DNA of 64,000 nt from an uncultured Candidatus Saccharibacteria bacterium (GCA_964481135.1 CAYZSW010000002.1:29283-93282), one strand, 5' to 3'. Numbered from the stretch's first letter, positions 28,184 to 37,846 are shown. The notes: generated by a model from the letters alone, not told the origin. Translations and numbers: made by a program.

Positions 28184-28647
28184 AAATAATTAATATCCTT
28201 TTCAACAAATTCTCTTTCACAAAAATGACATTTTATTGTTAAAGGTTTTTTTTCAATAACATAAAACTTTGATACGAGCGTATGTGGTTCTAAATAAGAT
28301 ATACATTTTGGATTAGGACATTTAATAATTCCTAAAAGTTCGTTTTGAAGCTTTAAATTATATTTTTTAATTACTTTAGAATTCTTAACAATATTTATTG
28401 TTGAATCAGGAACAAGAAGTGCTATTCTATTTAATTCATTCTGAGTAAATATCTTCTTATCAACTTTAATAATATCTTTTCTCCCTAATTTTTTTGAACT
28501 AAAATTAACACCTAGCATTATTTTTTCACCATTAGGTAAATTAAGTAAATCCAAAATTTTTAATGACTTCCCGGCAGGAATATGATCTATTACAGTACCA
28601 CTTTCAATTGGAGAAACTGCAAGTAAATTTTTTGATGTTTTTTTCAT
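28180..28647 (-). CDS. pyrI: Aspartate carbamoyltransferase regulatory chain
   Basis: GTVIDHI, KDIIK, CPNPKCIS and C.FCE zinc site. Confidence 0.95.
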   Translation of the reverse strand: MKKTSKNLLAVSPIESGTVIDHIPAGKSLKILDLLNLPNGEKIMLGVNFSSKKLGRKDIIKVDKKIFTQNELNRIALLVPDSTINIVKNSKVIKKYNLKLQNELLGIIKCPNPKCISYLEPHTLVSKFYVIEKKPLTIKCHFCEREFVEKDINYL

Positions 28648-29585
28648 TTTACTACCCCCATCGTAAGGCATAAAAGCGCCTTTCTTACTGGTATTCCATT
28701 GGCTGCTTGTCGAAAATAAACAGCATGTTTTGTTTTATCAACATCAGTACTGATTTCATTAACTCGAGGCAAAGGATGCATAATTTTTAAATTTTGATTT
28801 GCATTTTCTAAAAGTTTTTTATCCAATACAAATATTCCCTTATATTTTTCATATTCAGCTTCATCGGGAAATCTTTCTTTCTGAATACGAGTCATATAAA
28901 GCACATTTAACTTAGGAATAAATTTACTCAACTGCTCTGTCTGGTAAAATTTAAGATTTTTCTGTTTTACTAATTTTTTGTATGTTTGAGGAATAGATAA
29001 GGCATCTGGTGCAATAAAATAAAAGGTTGTTTTAAAATGCGACATAGCTCTTACTAACGAATGTGTAGTTCTGCCATATTTTAAATCACCAGCCAATCCA
29101 ATATGTAAATTTTCAAGCGTTCCTAGTTCTTTTTTGATGGTATACAAATCAAGCATTGTTTGAGTTGGATGTTCGTTAGATCCATCTCCTGAATTTAAAA
29201 AAGGTTTATCTGTAGATTCTGCAGCCAACCTTGCTGAACCCTCTATAAAATGCCTCATCACAATAACATCCGCATAGGATTCTACCATTTTTATAGTATC
29301 AAACACACTTTCCCCTTTGGATGCAGAACTTGATTTTGCAGATGAAAATCCATTTACAAGCCCGCCTAATTGTTTCATGGCTGAATGGAAAGACAACCTA
29401 GTTCTAGTAGATGATTCATAAAACATTGATGCCATAATTTTATTTTTTAAATATTGTTTATGTTTTTTTCCATCAAATTTTTTAGCAGTGTCTAAAACAT
29501 GTAATATTTCCTGCTTAGAAAAATCATTAATCGATACAATATCTTTTTTCGTCCATCGAAATGATTTTTTTGATCTAGTTTTCAT
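28644..29585 (-). CDS. pyrB: Aspartate carbamoyltransferase catalytic chain
   Basis: FYESSTRT, HPTQ, GDLKYGRT, TRIQKER, HPLPR. Confidence 0.96.
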   Translation of the reverse strand: MKTRSKKSFRWTKKDIVSINDFSKQEILHVLDTAKKFDGKKHKQYLKNKIMASMFYESSTRTRLSFHSAMKQLGGLVNGFSSAKSSSASKGESVFDTIKMVESYADVIVMRHFIEGSARLAAESTDKPFLNSGDGSNEHPTQTMLDLYTIKKELGTLENLHIGLAGDLKYGRTTHSLVRAMSHFKTTFYFIAPDALSIPQTYKKLVKQKNLKFYQTEQLSKFIPKLNVLYMTRIQKERFPDEAEYEKYKGIFVLDKKLLENANQNLKIMHPLPRVNEISTDVDKTKHAVYFRQAANGIPVRKALLCLTMGVVK

Positions 29586-29609
29586 TTTTTCTCCTAGATA
29601 ATATTTATT

Positions 29610-30554
29610 TTATTTATTAATTTTAAGTAACCAAAGCATAATTGCTTTTTGTATGTGCAACCGATTTTCTGCCTGATCAAATACTATTGAATTTTTGCCA
29701 TCAATAACATCTTCTGTTTGTTCCATGCCTCGCATAGCAGGTAAGCAATTCATAAAAATGACATTATCTTTAGCATAAGATAAAACTTTTTCTGTAACTT
29801 GATATGGCTTTAATTTTTTTATTCTTGTATTAGCTTTCTTAGGATCAACATGATAACTCATCCAGGAATCAGTATAAATAACATCGGCACCAGTAGCTGA
29901 TTTCTGCACATCATGAGATACTTCAATTTTTACATTTGTTTTTTTTGCAATATTTCTAGCAATATCTACAATTTCAGTTTTTGGCATAAATTCTTTATCT
30001 TTTGGGCAAACTGCCACCATGTCTATCCCCATAAGTGCACAACCATGCATAAGAGAATAAGTAACATTATTTTCACAATCACCAAAATAAACTAATTTTA
30101 GTTTTTTAAAACTTTTCTTTTTCTCAAGTATTGTTAGTAAATCTCCTAAAATCTGACACGGATGATTTTCGTCTGATAGTGCATCTATTACTGGAATACT
30201 AGCATTCTGAGCTAGTTTTTTAATATCAGAAAATTTAAACATTCTAGCCATTATAATATCAACATATCTAGATACAGTTTTGGCTGTATCCTCTATCGTT
30301 TCCTTTTTTCCAAGAGGTGAAGTTGAAACATCATAATATATCGCATGACCACCTAATTGTGTCATACCAACTTCAAAACTGACCCTAGTCCTAAGTGATG
30401 GTTTTTCAAAAATCATTAAAAGTGTTTTATCTTTTAAAGCATGCTTAAATTTTTTCGGATTTTGTTTAATCTTTTTTGCTAAATTAATAACAAACAGAGC
30501 GTCTTTTGAACTTAGATTAGCCAAAGAAAGCAAATGTTTATTTTCATGTTTCAT
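29610..30554 (-). CDS. argF: Ornithine carbamoyltransferase
   Basis: FEKPSLRTR, HPCQ, DSWMSYH, FMNCLPA, QAENR; GGAGG RBS supports the start at 30554. Confidence 0.88.
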   Translation of the reverse strand: MKHENKHLLSLANLSSKDALFVINLAKKIKQNPKKFKHALKDKTLLMIFEKPSLRTRVSFEVGMTQLGGHAIYYDVSTSPLGKKETIEDTAKTVSRYVDIIMARMFKFSDIKKLAQNASIPVIDALSDENHPCQILGDLLTILEKKKSFKKLKLVYFGDCENNVTYSLMHGCALMGIDMVAVCPKDKEFMPKTEIVDIARNIAKKTNVKIEVSHDVQKSATGADVIYTDSWMSYHVDPKKANTRIKKLKPYQVTEKVLSYAKDNVIFMNCLPAMRGMEQTEDVIDGKNSIVFDQAENRLHIQKAIMLWLLKINK

Positions 30555-30566
30555 TTTTTCCTCCAT

Positions 30567-30596
30567 AAAAAAAAGGAACTAATAGTTCCTTTTTTT
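30567..30596 (-). terminator. Terminator-like hairpin directly before the first gene of the pyr operon (candidate attenuator)
   Basis: Minus strand aaaaaaaggaacta-t-tagttcc followed by a T run that abuts the RBS. Confidence 0.7.
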
Positions 30597-30707
30597 AAAA
30601 TAATATATAATATTTTTTTTAATATGTTTTTGCACTTTTTTGCTCCATTTTTTACATTTAAATTAAATATATACTATAAATAATATTTGTCAAATTGTGT
30701 AAAAAGT

Positions 30708-32681
30708 TTATAGTTGTTCTTTGAATTCTTCAGGTATTTCATCTATAAATCTGGACCTAATATTACTTTGGATATTTCCATAAATTAATCGAGATTGTGC
30801 ATAAGTTAAGTATAATCTTTCTTTGGCTCGAGTTATACCCACATAGGCTAATCGCCTTTCCTCTTCAAGTTCTGAAGAATCTAAAATACTTCTAGAATGA
30901 GGAAACAACCCCTCTTCCATTCCTGCAATAAAAACTACAGGAAATTCTAAACCTTTTGCATTATGAAGTGTCATTAGGGTTAAAACATCTTGGTTTTTAT
31001 TATAATTATCAATATCAGAAACTAATGCAATCTCCTCTAAAAAACTTTCTAAATTAGTATACTTTGACGCTACTGATTTTAATTCTTCAATATTTTCCAA
31101 TCTCATTTCGGCTTGCTCGGTTTTTTCATCTAAAAGCATCTTTCTATATCCGGCTTCGTCAATAACATGTTCAATCAAGTCTGCGGGTGTCATTTCTGGA
31201 ACTCTTTTCCTAAACTTTTCCATCATTTCAAAAAAATTTTGAATTTTTGAATTTTGATTTTTGAATTTATTTAGGATTTCGGATTTAGAATTTAGGATTT
31301 TTCCCAGAGTTTTAGCGCCAATCCCTCTTGTAGGAACATTAATGATTCTCTCCAGTGATACTTCATCATCAGGATTCGCAATCAAACGCAAATATGCTAA
31401 AACATCTTTAATTTCCTTGCGTTGATAAAATTGCACTGCTCCAACTATTTTATAAGGAATTGATCTTTTTAATAAAATTTCTTCAACAACTCTAGATTGA
31501 GCATTAGTTCTATATAATATAACAAAATTATTTAAGCTTTTTTGCTCAGATATTAAAGCTTCCACTTCGTCTACCACAAAATTAATTTCATCTTCATGAT
31601 CACTTGCTTCATAAATTGTAATAGGTGCTCCATCTTTTTTTTCTGTCCATAATTTTTTTTCTGTTCTACTTCGATTATATTTTATTAAATCATTCGCAGC
31701 AGATAAAATATTACCCGTTGATCGATAGTTTTGTTCGAGCTTAATAATTTTTGCATTAGAATAATCTTTCTCAAAATTTAAAATATTACGAAAATTTGCT
31801 CCCCTAAATCCGTAAATTGCCTGATAATCATCGCCTACTACACAAACATTTTTGTGTTTTTTTGCTAATGCTTTTATTAATTCATATTGAACAGTATTTG
31901 TGTCTTGATACTCATCAATTAAAATATAACGAAATATTTTCTGATACTTATTTAAAACTTCTGGAAACTTGTCAAAAAGTTCTAGAGTTAAAACCAACAG
32001 ATCATCAAAATCAAGCGCATTGGCGCGCTTTAAACGCTTTTGATACTCCGTGTAAACTTTATCGACCTTTTCTAAAAAAGGATTATCAACATAATTATGA
32101 TATTCTTTTGCACGAATTAATTCATTTTTAGCACCAGAAATAAAATTTTTAATTGCCTTCGGATTATTCTCTTTTATATCAATACTCAAATCTTTACATA
32201 TTTTTTTAATTAAACTCAAACTATCACTCTGATCATAAATTACAAAACTTCTTTCAAATCCTATTTGGTGAATTTCTCGACGCAAAATTTTTACACAAAT
32301 ACTATGAAAAGTACCCATCCACGGCAAACGTTTAGCGTTTGCCAACTCTGAAGCACGAATATCTAAATCCGAAACAATTTTCGAATTTTTTAGATTTTGA
32401 TCATTGAAATTTTGAATTTGTTTGGAACTTGTTATTTGTGATTTGTTATTTGAAATGAGTAGTCGGGCCACTCGACTACTCATTTCTGTTGCTGCTTTAT
32501 TTGTAAATGTTACTGCTAAAATATTATATGGACTTATATTTTTTTCTAAAACTAAATATGCTAATCTATGTGTTAAAGCTTTGGTCTTACCGCTTCCTGC
32601 TCCAGCTAATATCAAAACTGGCCCTTCTGTGGCCAGCACCGCTTCCTGTTGTTTTTTGTTTAAATCCTCTAAAATATCCAT
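30708..32681 (-). CDS. pcrA: UvrD/PcrA helicase with two repeat-derived in-frame segments
   Basis: AGAGSGKT, TFTNKAA, DEYQDTN, QNYRS, TLHNAKGLEF, EERRLAYVGITRA. Confidence 0.96.
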   Translation of the reverse strand: MDILEDLNKKQQEAVLATEGPVLILAGAGSGKTKALTHRLAYLVLEKNISPYNILAVTFTNKAATEMSSRVARLLISNNKSQITSSKQIQNFNDQNLKNSKIVSDLDIRASELANAKRLPWMGTFHSICVKILRREIHQIGFERSFVIYDQSDSLSLIKKICKDLSIDIKENNPKAIKNFISGAKNELIRAKEYHNYVDNPFLEKVDKVYTEYQKRLKRANALDFDDLLVLTLELFDKFPEVLNKYQKIFRYILIDEYQDTNTVQYELIKALAKKHKNVCVVGDDYQAIYGFRGANFRNILNFEKDYSNAKIIKLEQNYRSTGNILSAANDLIKYNRSRTEKKLWTEKKDGAPITIYEASDHEDEINFVVDEVEALISEQKSLNNFVILYRTNAQSRVVEEILLKRSIPYKIVGAVQFYQRKEIKDVLAYLRLIANPDDEVSLERIINVPTRGIGAKTLGKILNSKSEILNKFKNQNSKIQNFFEMMEKFRKRVPEMTPADLIEHVIDEAGYRKMLLDEKTEQAEMRLENIEELKSVASKYTNLESFLEEIALVSDIDNYNKNQDVLTLMTLHNAKGLEFPVVFIAGMEEGLFPHSRSILDSSELEEERRLAYVGITRAKERLYLTYAQSRLIYGNIQSNIRSRFIDEIPEEFKEQL

Positions 32682-32837
32682 GTTTTTAGTATAACAAAAA
32701 AATGCGTAAATTACCGTATCCATACTGCATATCTCGCTACATCTCGCTCAGTAACTATTAAAATCTCATTACTACAAAAATTTTATCCATACCATAAACT
32801 CTTGAATTTTATTTATAAACACAAAATGACAAAGACA

Positions 32838-32870
32838 TACCATATTCCACTCCGTAAGTGGAATATGGTT
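32838..32870. repeat. 33-nt palindrome, identical copy at 60256-60288
   Basis: tACCATATTCCAC-tccgtaa-GTGGAATATGGTt at both sites. Confidence 0.9.
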
Positions 32871-33399
32871 TATGTTTTTAGTTTTTAGTATATCAGCTAT
32901 TAGTTAACTAGTTAATAATTTATTTGTAGTAATTAGTATGTTATTCATGATTTGTAAAGATTCGTAGCTATATTAAAAGACCCAGGAGTTATCTGCTTGT
33001 AGCCCTCCATTTTTTAATAAAGTGGCTGCAGTTTCTCTTGGGTCTAAGGCGATATATCGGCCTTATTGTATCTCCTTCCGGAGATATTATTCCCAAGAAA
33101 GAGTTACTTATGTGGCCTATATTACGCTGGTTGATCCTACAATCTATTTTAAGTTTCGTTTTGTTTTTGTTTAATGTGTTAGTAGGATCAGCTTGTCCCG
33201 AATTGTGAGTACATAATTAATTCGAGACATACTGACTCTACCAATAATCCCTCCTTTTTAATGTTCCCTCCTGCTTTTTCGTTGATTATAATATAATACC
33301 AATTACCAATAGACATGTCAAGCCCTTAATAAAAATAAACAAATTAACAGGTTAAAATGTTAGATTTTAGATTTATGATTTTAGATTTAAGTTCTTACC

Positions 33400-33431
33400 T
33401 GTGGATAAATCAAAAATCATCCTGTGGATAA
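33400..33431. promoter_or_regulatory. Two perfect DnaA boxes (TGTGGATAA) downstream of dnaB
   Basis: tgtggataa at 33400 and 33423; single boxes also near 41276, 44259 and 48529. Confidence 0.5.
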
Positions 33432-33444
33432 CTATTTAATAAAA

Positions 33445-33530
33445 GCTGAACGACGCGGATTACTACGCAGAAAAAAAGCGGAAATTTATCAGCGTAGATC
33501 TGCGTTACTATCTGCGTATATCTGCTTCTA
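33445..33530. repeat. ORF-less ~9-nt periodic inverted element
   Basis: acgcggat..acgcaga..agcgga ... atcagcgt agatctgcgt..atctgcgt atatctgc. Confidence 0.7.
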
Positions 33531-33534
33531 TCTT

Positions 33535-34917
33535 TTACAGTTCAATATTATCTACTTGTTTTCTTTCAATAGTTCTAAATTTAGTTTGCTCTGGATGAAA
33601 ATATAATTCTACAGATCCAATAGGACCATTCCTATGTTTTTTAACTAAAATATCTGCGATGTTTTTTCTTTCTGTGTCAGGATCATAATAATCTTCACGA
33701 TATATAAACATAACTACATCTGCATCCTGTTCAATTGATCCTGATTCTCTTAAATCTGCCAACACTGGCCGTTTATCTGGTCTATGCTCTACCGCTCTAG
33801 AAAGTTGAGACAGCGCAATCACTGGAACATTTAATTCCCTAGCAAGCCCTTTAAGACCTCTAGATATTTCAGAAATTTCTTGGACTCTATTTGTATCATT
33901 AGATGTTCTTCTACCCTGCATAAGCTGCAAATAATCGATCATAAGCAAACCCAAATTGTGCTCAGCTTGCAATCTTCTTGCTTTTGTTCGAATCTCCATA
34001 ACATTTAACATCGGCGAATCGTCAATGTAAAGTGGCGCCTCTGAAAGAATTCCCATGGCATGGCCGATCTTTGGAAAATCTAGTTCAGACAAATTGCCAG
34101 TTCTTAATTTCCAAGCATCTATGCCCGCCTGAGAACAAAGCAATCTATCAACTAATTGCTCTTTAGATTGTTCTAAAGAAAAAATACCAACACTTTTTTT
34201 TATATTTGTAGCAACAAACTGAGCAATATTTAAAGCCAATGAAGTTTTTCCCATCGATGGTCGAGCTGCTAAAATTATTAAATCTGATTCTTGCAGACCA
34301 GCTAAAATATTATCTAAATCGCGATACCCAGTTGCAATTCCTCTTAACTGACCCTTTTGTTTATGCAATTCATCAATTCTATCGAATGCTTCAGTTAAAA
34401 TTGATTTTACAGGAGTAAAGTATTGTCGAAAAAATTTTTGCGAAACTGAAAACAATTCTTTTTCCGATTGATCCAGAACATCGTCAATTTTTCTGTTTTC
34501 GTCGTAACCCATTTGAGTAATATTTATCGCTGCTTGTAATAAACGACGCAAAACTGATTTGTTTTTAATAATTTCAGCATAATGTTCAGCATGAGCAGCT
34601 GTTGGCACAGAATTTACTAAGGTTGTTAAATATGTTGCTCCGCCAACAGCATCAATTATTTTTGCTTTTTCTAATTTATCAGATAAAGTCACAATATCTA
34701 TTGGCCGACGCTCTTCAAATAATTCTACCATAGCTTGAAAAATGTTTTTATGTCTTTCCTCATAAAAATCGTCTGGGTGTAGCGCATCACCAATTTGAAT
34801 TATTGCATCTTTAGATAGTAAAACCGAACCCAAAACAGACTGTTCTGCTTCAATGCTTTGAGGCGGTATTCGTAATTCAGAATTTTTATTTGATTGTCCA
34901 ATTTTTGTTCTTTTCAT
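33535..34917 (-). CDS. dnaB: Replicative DNA helicase
   Basis: PPQSIEAEQSVLG, ARPSMGKT, IDYLQL, LSQLSR, LRESGSIEQDAD, KHRNG. Confidence 0.98.
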   Translation of the reverse strand: MKRTKIGQSNKNSELRIPPQSIEAEQSVLGSVLLSKDAIIQIGDALHPDDFYEERHKNIFQAMVELFEERRPIDIVTLSDKLEKAKIIDAVGGATYLTTLVNSVPTAAHAEHYAEIIKNKSVLRRLLQAAINITQMGYDENRKIDDVLDQSEKELFSVSQKFFRQYFTPVKSILTEAFDRIDELHKQKGQLRGIATGYRDLDNILAGLQESDLIILAARPSMGKTSLALNIAQFVATNIKKSVGIFSLEQSKEQLVDRLLCSQAGIDAWKLRTGNLSELDFPKIGHAMGILSEAPLYIDDSPMLNVMEIRTKARRLQAEHNLGLLMIDYLQLMQGRRTSNDTNRVQEISEISRGLKGLARELNVPVIALSQLSRAVEHRPDKRPVLADLRESGSIEQDADVVMFIYREDYYDPDTERKNIADILVKKHRNGPIGSVELYFHPEQTKFRTIERKQVDNIEL

Positions 34918-35222
34918 ATTGATAATATAAATAAAATTAATTTTTATATCAATTTTAAGGTTTAAAAAACTAAATTGAGGAAAACAAGTGGATAAAAAAT
35001 ATGTTTCTCCTACTATTTTTTTTAAATATGTTAATTATATTATTATATGGTTAGAGTTAAAAAGCTAGTTTGGTTAAAGAGTTAAATTATTGTGTTTAAC
35101 TGATAAACTTAACCCGATTTTCTATACTAACTTCATAGCCATTCCCATACAATAACTTATGTTATTAGCAGATCTTGTTTTTCATCTAAACCCAAATAAA
35201 TAAAATCAGCGTTTACAATACA

Positions 35223-36794
35223 TTATATATCAAACACATCCATCGCTTGTGAAACTAAATCATTTTTACTATTTTTTTTAGAAGAGTCAATTTGAGCTGC
35301 ATCAACAATTTGAGCATCATCAATCAGACAATTTATTTTGCATTTTTTACCAAAAACTTGCTCTATTTTTTCAACTAATGTTGAATAATTTTTATTTTCA
35401 GTGATTTTTTCTGCGTAAAATTTAAATTTAACGCTTATTTTAAATTCATTATTGCTTATTCCTGAAAAATTTGAATCTTTCAACAATAAAGACAATGAAC
35501 GGTTAGCTTCTCCAACTTTATCAATAAACTCATTCCATTTTTCCTGAGGATTGTAAACATCAATATCTTCGCTTTTAATTGTTTCTACTTGTTTTTTGGA
35601 TTCTTGAACAGAATTTTCTTTAATTAATTCCTTCTTAACCTCTAATTTATTCTTAATAATACCTGGGCTGATTTTCTTCTCTAATTCTAAATTATTATTT
35701 AACTTTAATGATTCTTGTTTCTTTTCACAAACCTCATATACAGCAAGCTCAAGTGGAAGCTCTGGTGAATCAATAATTTTTATTTCTTTTGAAATACCAA
35801 TAAAAATTGCCAAAATATCTAAAATTTCAGAAATCTTTATTTTTTCAGCAATATTCTTCATTCTTTTTAATTCTTTTTCAGCAACAATTAAATTTATCTT
35901 GGCCTTTGAAGAAAAAATCAATAAATTTCTTAAATAGTGAATTATTTGGTTATTAAATTCTACTAAATCAAATCCTTTAATGTGTATACTACTAATTAAT
36001 TCTAAAGCAAGTGTTATTTTTTTATCTGTTAGATATTCAATGAAATCTCCAACTTTTTCGGCGCCCACTAAACCAATAGTTTTTTCTACAATATTCAAAG
36101 TTATATTTTTTTCTCCAACGGAATTAACCTGGTCTAAAATTGAAAGTGCATCACGAAAAGAACCGTCTGATTTTTGTGCAATAAGATTTATAGCAGCATT
36201 TTCGATTTTTATTTTTTCGATTTTGACAATTTGACTTATCCTTTTTACCAAATCATTAATAAGAGCACGATTAAATTGAAATTCTTGAACTCGAGATAAA
36301 ATTGTGTCTGGCACCTTATCTGGTTCAGTTGTTGCCATAATAAATATTGCGTGTTTTGGTGGCTCCTCCAATGTTTTCAAAAGAGCATTAAAGCTTTCTT
36401 TTGTAAGCATATGAACTTCATCAATAATAAATATTTTGTATTTAGAACCAGAAGGTGCATACCGAATCTTGTCTCTTAAATCTCTAATTTCATCAATACC
36501 TCTATTACTTGCAGCATCAATCTCTAGTACATCTAGCGAATGTCCGCTTGAAATTTCCTTACAACTAGAACATTGGTTACAAGGTTCAGATTGCAGTGAT
36601 TTTCGATTAGTACAATTTAATGCTTTAGATAAAAGTCGGGCAGAAGAAGTTTTACCAGTTCCTTTTGGACCCACAAAAAGATAGCCATGGCTAGTAGCAC
36701 CTGTTTTAATGGCATTTTCTAATATTTTTTTAGTTGTATCTTGACCAACTAAATCTTTAAATTTTTGTGGTCGGTATTTTAAATACAAACTCAT
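35223..36794 (-). CDS. dnaX: DNA polymerase III subunit gamma/tau
   Basis: KYRPQ.F, GPKGTGKT, zinc Cys cluster, EIDAASNRG, IDEVHML, LKTLEEPP. Confidence 0.97.
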   Translation of the reverse strand: MSLYLKYRPQKFKDLVGQDTTKKILENAIKTGATSHGYLFVGPKGTGKTSSARLLSKALNCTNRKSLQSEPCNQCSSCKEISSGHSLDVLEIDAASNRGIDEIRDLRDKIRYAPSGSKYKIFIIDEVHMLTKESFNALLKTLEEPPKHAIFIMATTEPDKVPDTILSRVQEFQFNRALINDLVKRISQIVKIEKIKIENAAINLIAQKSDGSFRDALSILDQVNSVGEKNITLNIVEKTIGLVGAEKVGDFIEYLTDKKITLALELISSIHIKGFDLVEFNNQIIHYLRNLLIFSSKAKINLIVAEKELKRMKNIAEKIKISEILDILAIFIGISKEIKIIDSPELPLELAVYEVCEKKQESLKLNNNLELEKKISPGIIKNKLEVKKELIKENSVQESKKQVETIKSEDIDVYNPQEKWNEFIDKVGEANRSLSLLLKDSNFSGISNNEFKISVKFKFYAEKITENKNYSTLVEKIEQVFGKKCKINCLIDDAQIVDAAQIDSSKKNSKNDLVSQAMDVFDI

Positions 36795-36828
36795 AGTAAA
36801 TTTATTGTAACAAAAATCACCATTATAA

Positions 36829-36906
36829 CAACCTTTTACTAACCCCCGGGGTTAGCAAAAGGCTTGAACCTGCAAATTTCTAGCAAACCCCGGAAGTTAG
36901 TAATTT
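36829..36906. repeat. ~78-bp REP-doublet direct repeat, copy 1
   Basis: cttttactaacccccggggttagcaaaaggcttgaacctgcaaatttctagcaaaccccggaagttagtaattt. Confidence 0.85.
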
Positions 36907-36956
36907 TTAAAAATTTAATTAAAAAAAACGGGATTAATATATCCCGTAATTGTTGC

Positions 36957-37493
36957 TTAAGAAAATTTATATAAAATGGTACAAGAAACTGCAATAATTA
37001 AAATTAATAATATTGATGCCCAAGGAGATCGCTGATTTTTATAACTAATATCAACAAACCCATTGGTTATTAAAATTTTATTTTTTTCTTGTATTATTCC
37101 ATTCTTATAGTTTGTAATCTCACCTGGTGTGATTAATATTAAAGAATGGGGTGGCAATATAGGATCTTTGGAATAAAATCTTACATCTCCGTTTTTTGTT
37201 ACAATTTGATGCAAGCCAGTGTATGGTGGCAATTTACTAAATTGAAAATTCGCAACCAAATAACCATCATACTCTTTAATTTCTGTTACCTTAAAGCCAA
37301 GATCTGTTAATTGGCTTTCCACTTCTTGTCGAGAAATTTTTTGTTCAACTCCCATGCACACAATACTACCCTTACCACTTCCGTCTGGATTTAGTGTTAG
37401 GGTAATTTGTGCAGAACATCCATTAAAAATTACTGCGACAACAAACACTACCATAACACTTAACAATTTCCTAAAATATTTCAATACACTCAC
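36957..37493 (-). CDS. Hypothetical lipoprotein with a C-terminal TM (LppM-like)
   Basis: Lipobox FNGC, LNPDGSG, C-terminal hydrophobic helix; AGGAGG RBS. Confidence 0.7.
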   Translation of the reverse strand: MSVLKYFRKLLSVMVVFVVAVIFNGCSAQITLTLNPDGSGKGSIVCMGVEQKISRQEVESQLTDLGFKVTEIKEYDGYLVANFQFSKLPPYTGLHQIVTKNGDVRFYSKDPILPPHSLILITPGEITNYKNGIIQEKNKILITNGFVDISYKNQRSPWASILLILIIAVSCTILYKFS

Positions 37494-37606
37494 CCTCCTT
37501 ATTTTTAAAATACTAATTATGAATTACAAAATTAGATTGATATTAACATTTTTCAATCACTATATCAAGAGTAATTATTGAGAAAATAATAATTACTTAA
37601 AACTAA

Positions 37607-37685
37607 CAACCTTTTGCAAACCTACGAGGTTAGTAAAAGGCTCGAACCTGCAAATTTCTTGCAAACCCCGGAGGTTAGTAATTTG
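37607..37685. repeat. ~78-bp REP-doublet direct repeat, copy 2
   Basis: cttttgcaaacctacgaggttagtaaaaggctcgaacctgcaaatttcttgcaaaccccggaggttagtaattt. Confidence 0.85.
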
Positions 37686-37846
37686 GTGTGATTTTAAACC
37701 ACAAATAATTGACAAATTGCAAAATTATTGATAAGATTTTGTGTTTTAGTGAATCGTATTTTGCATCAGCGTCAATAAAAAAGTATGAGCAAGTGTGATA
37801 TACTAAAATAGATTCAACGGTTATTTAAAAAAAGGAGGAAAGAAAA

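Noticed and set aside
33400-33431. Replication origin
   Set aside because: Only two adjacent DnaA boxes are present and dnaA/dnaN are not nearby; too little support.
22365-33606. ORFs 22365..22607 (CQKCQRCQ) and 33424..33606
   Set aside because: They are translations of periodic repeats that overlap the ends of real genes.
16425-34917. Inteins in V-ATPase A or DnaB
   Set aside because: Both proteins are normal length (588 and 460 aa) with uninterrupted motifs.
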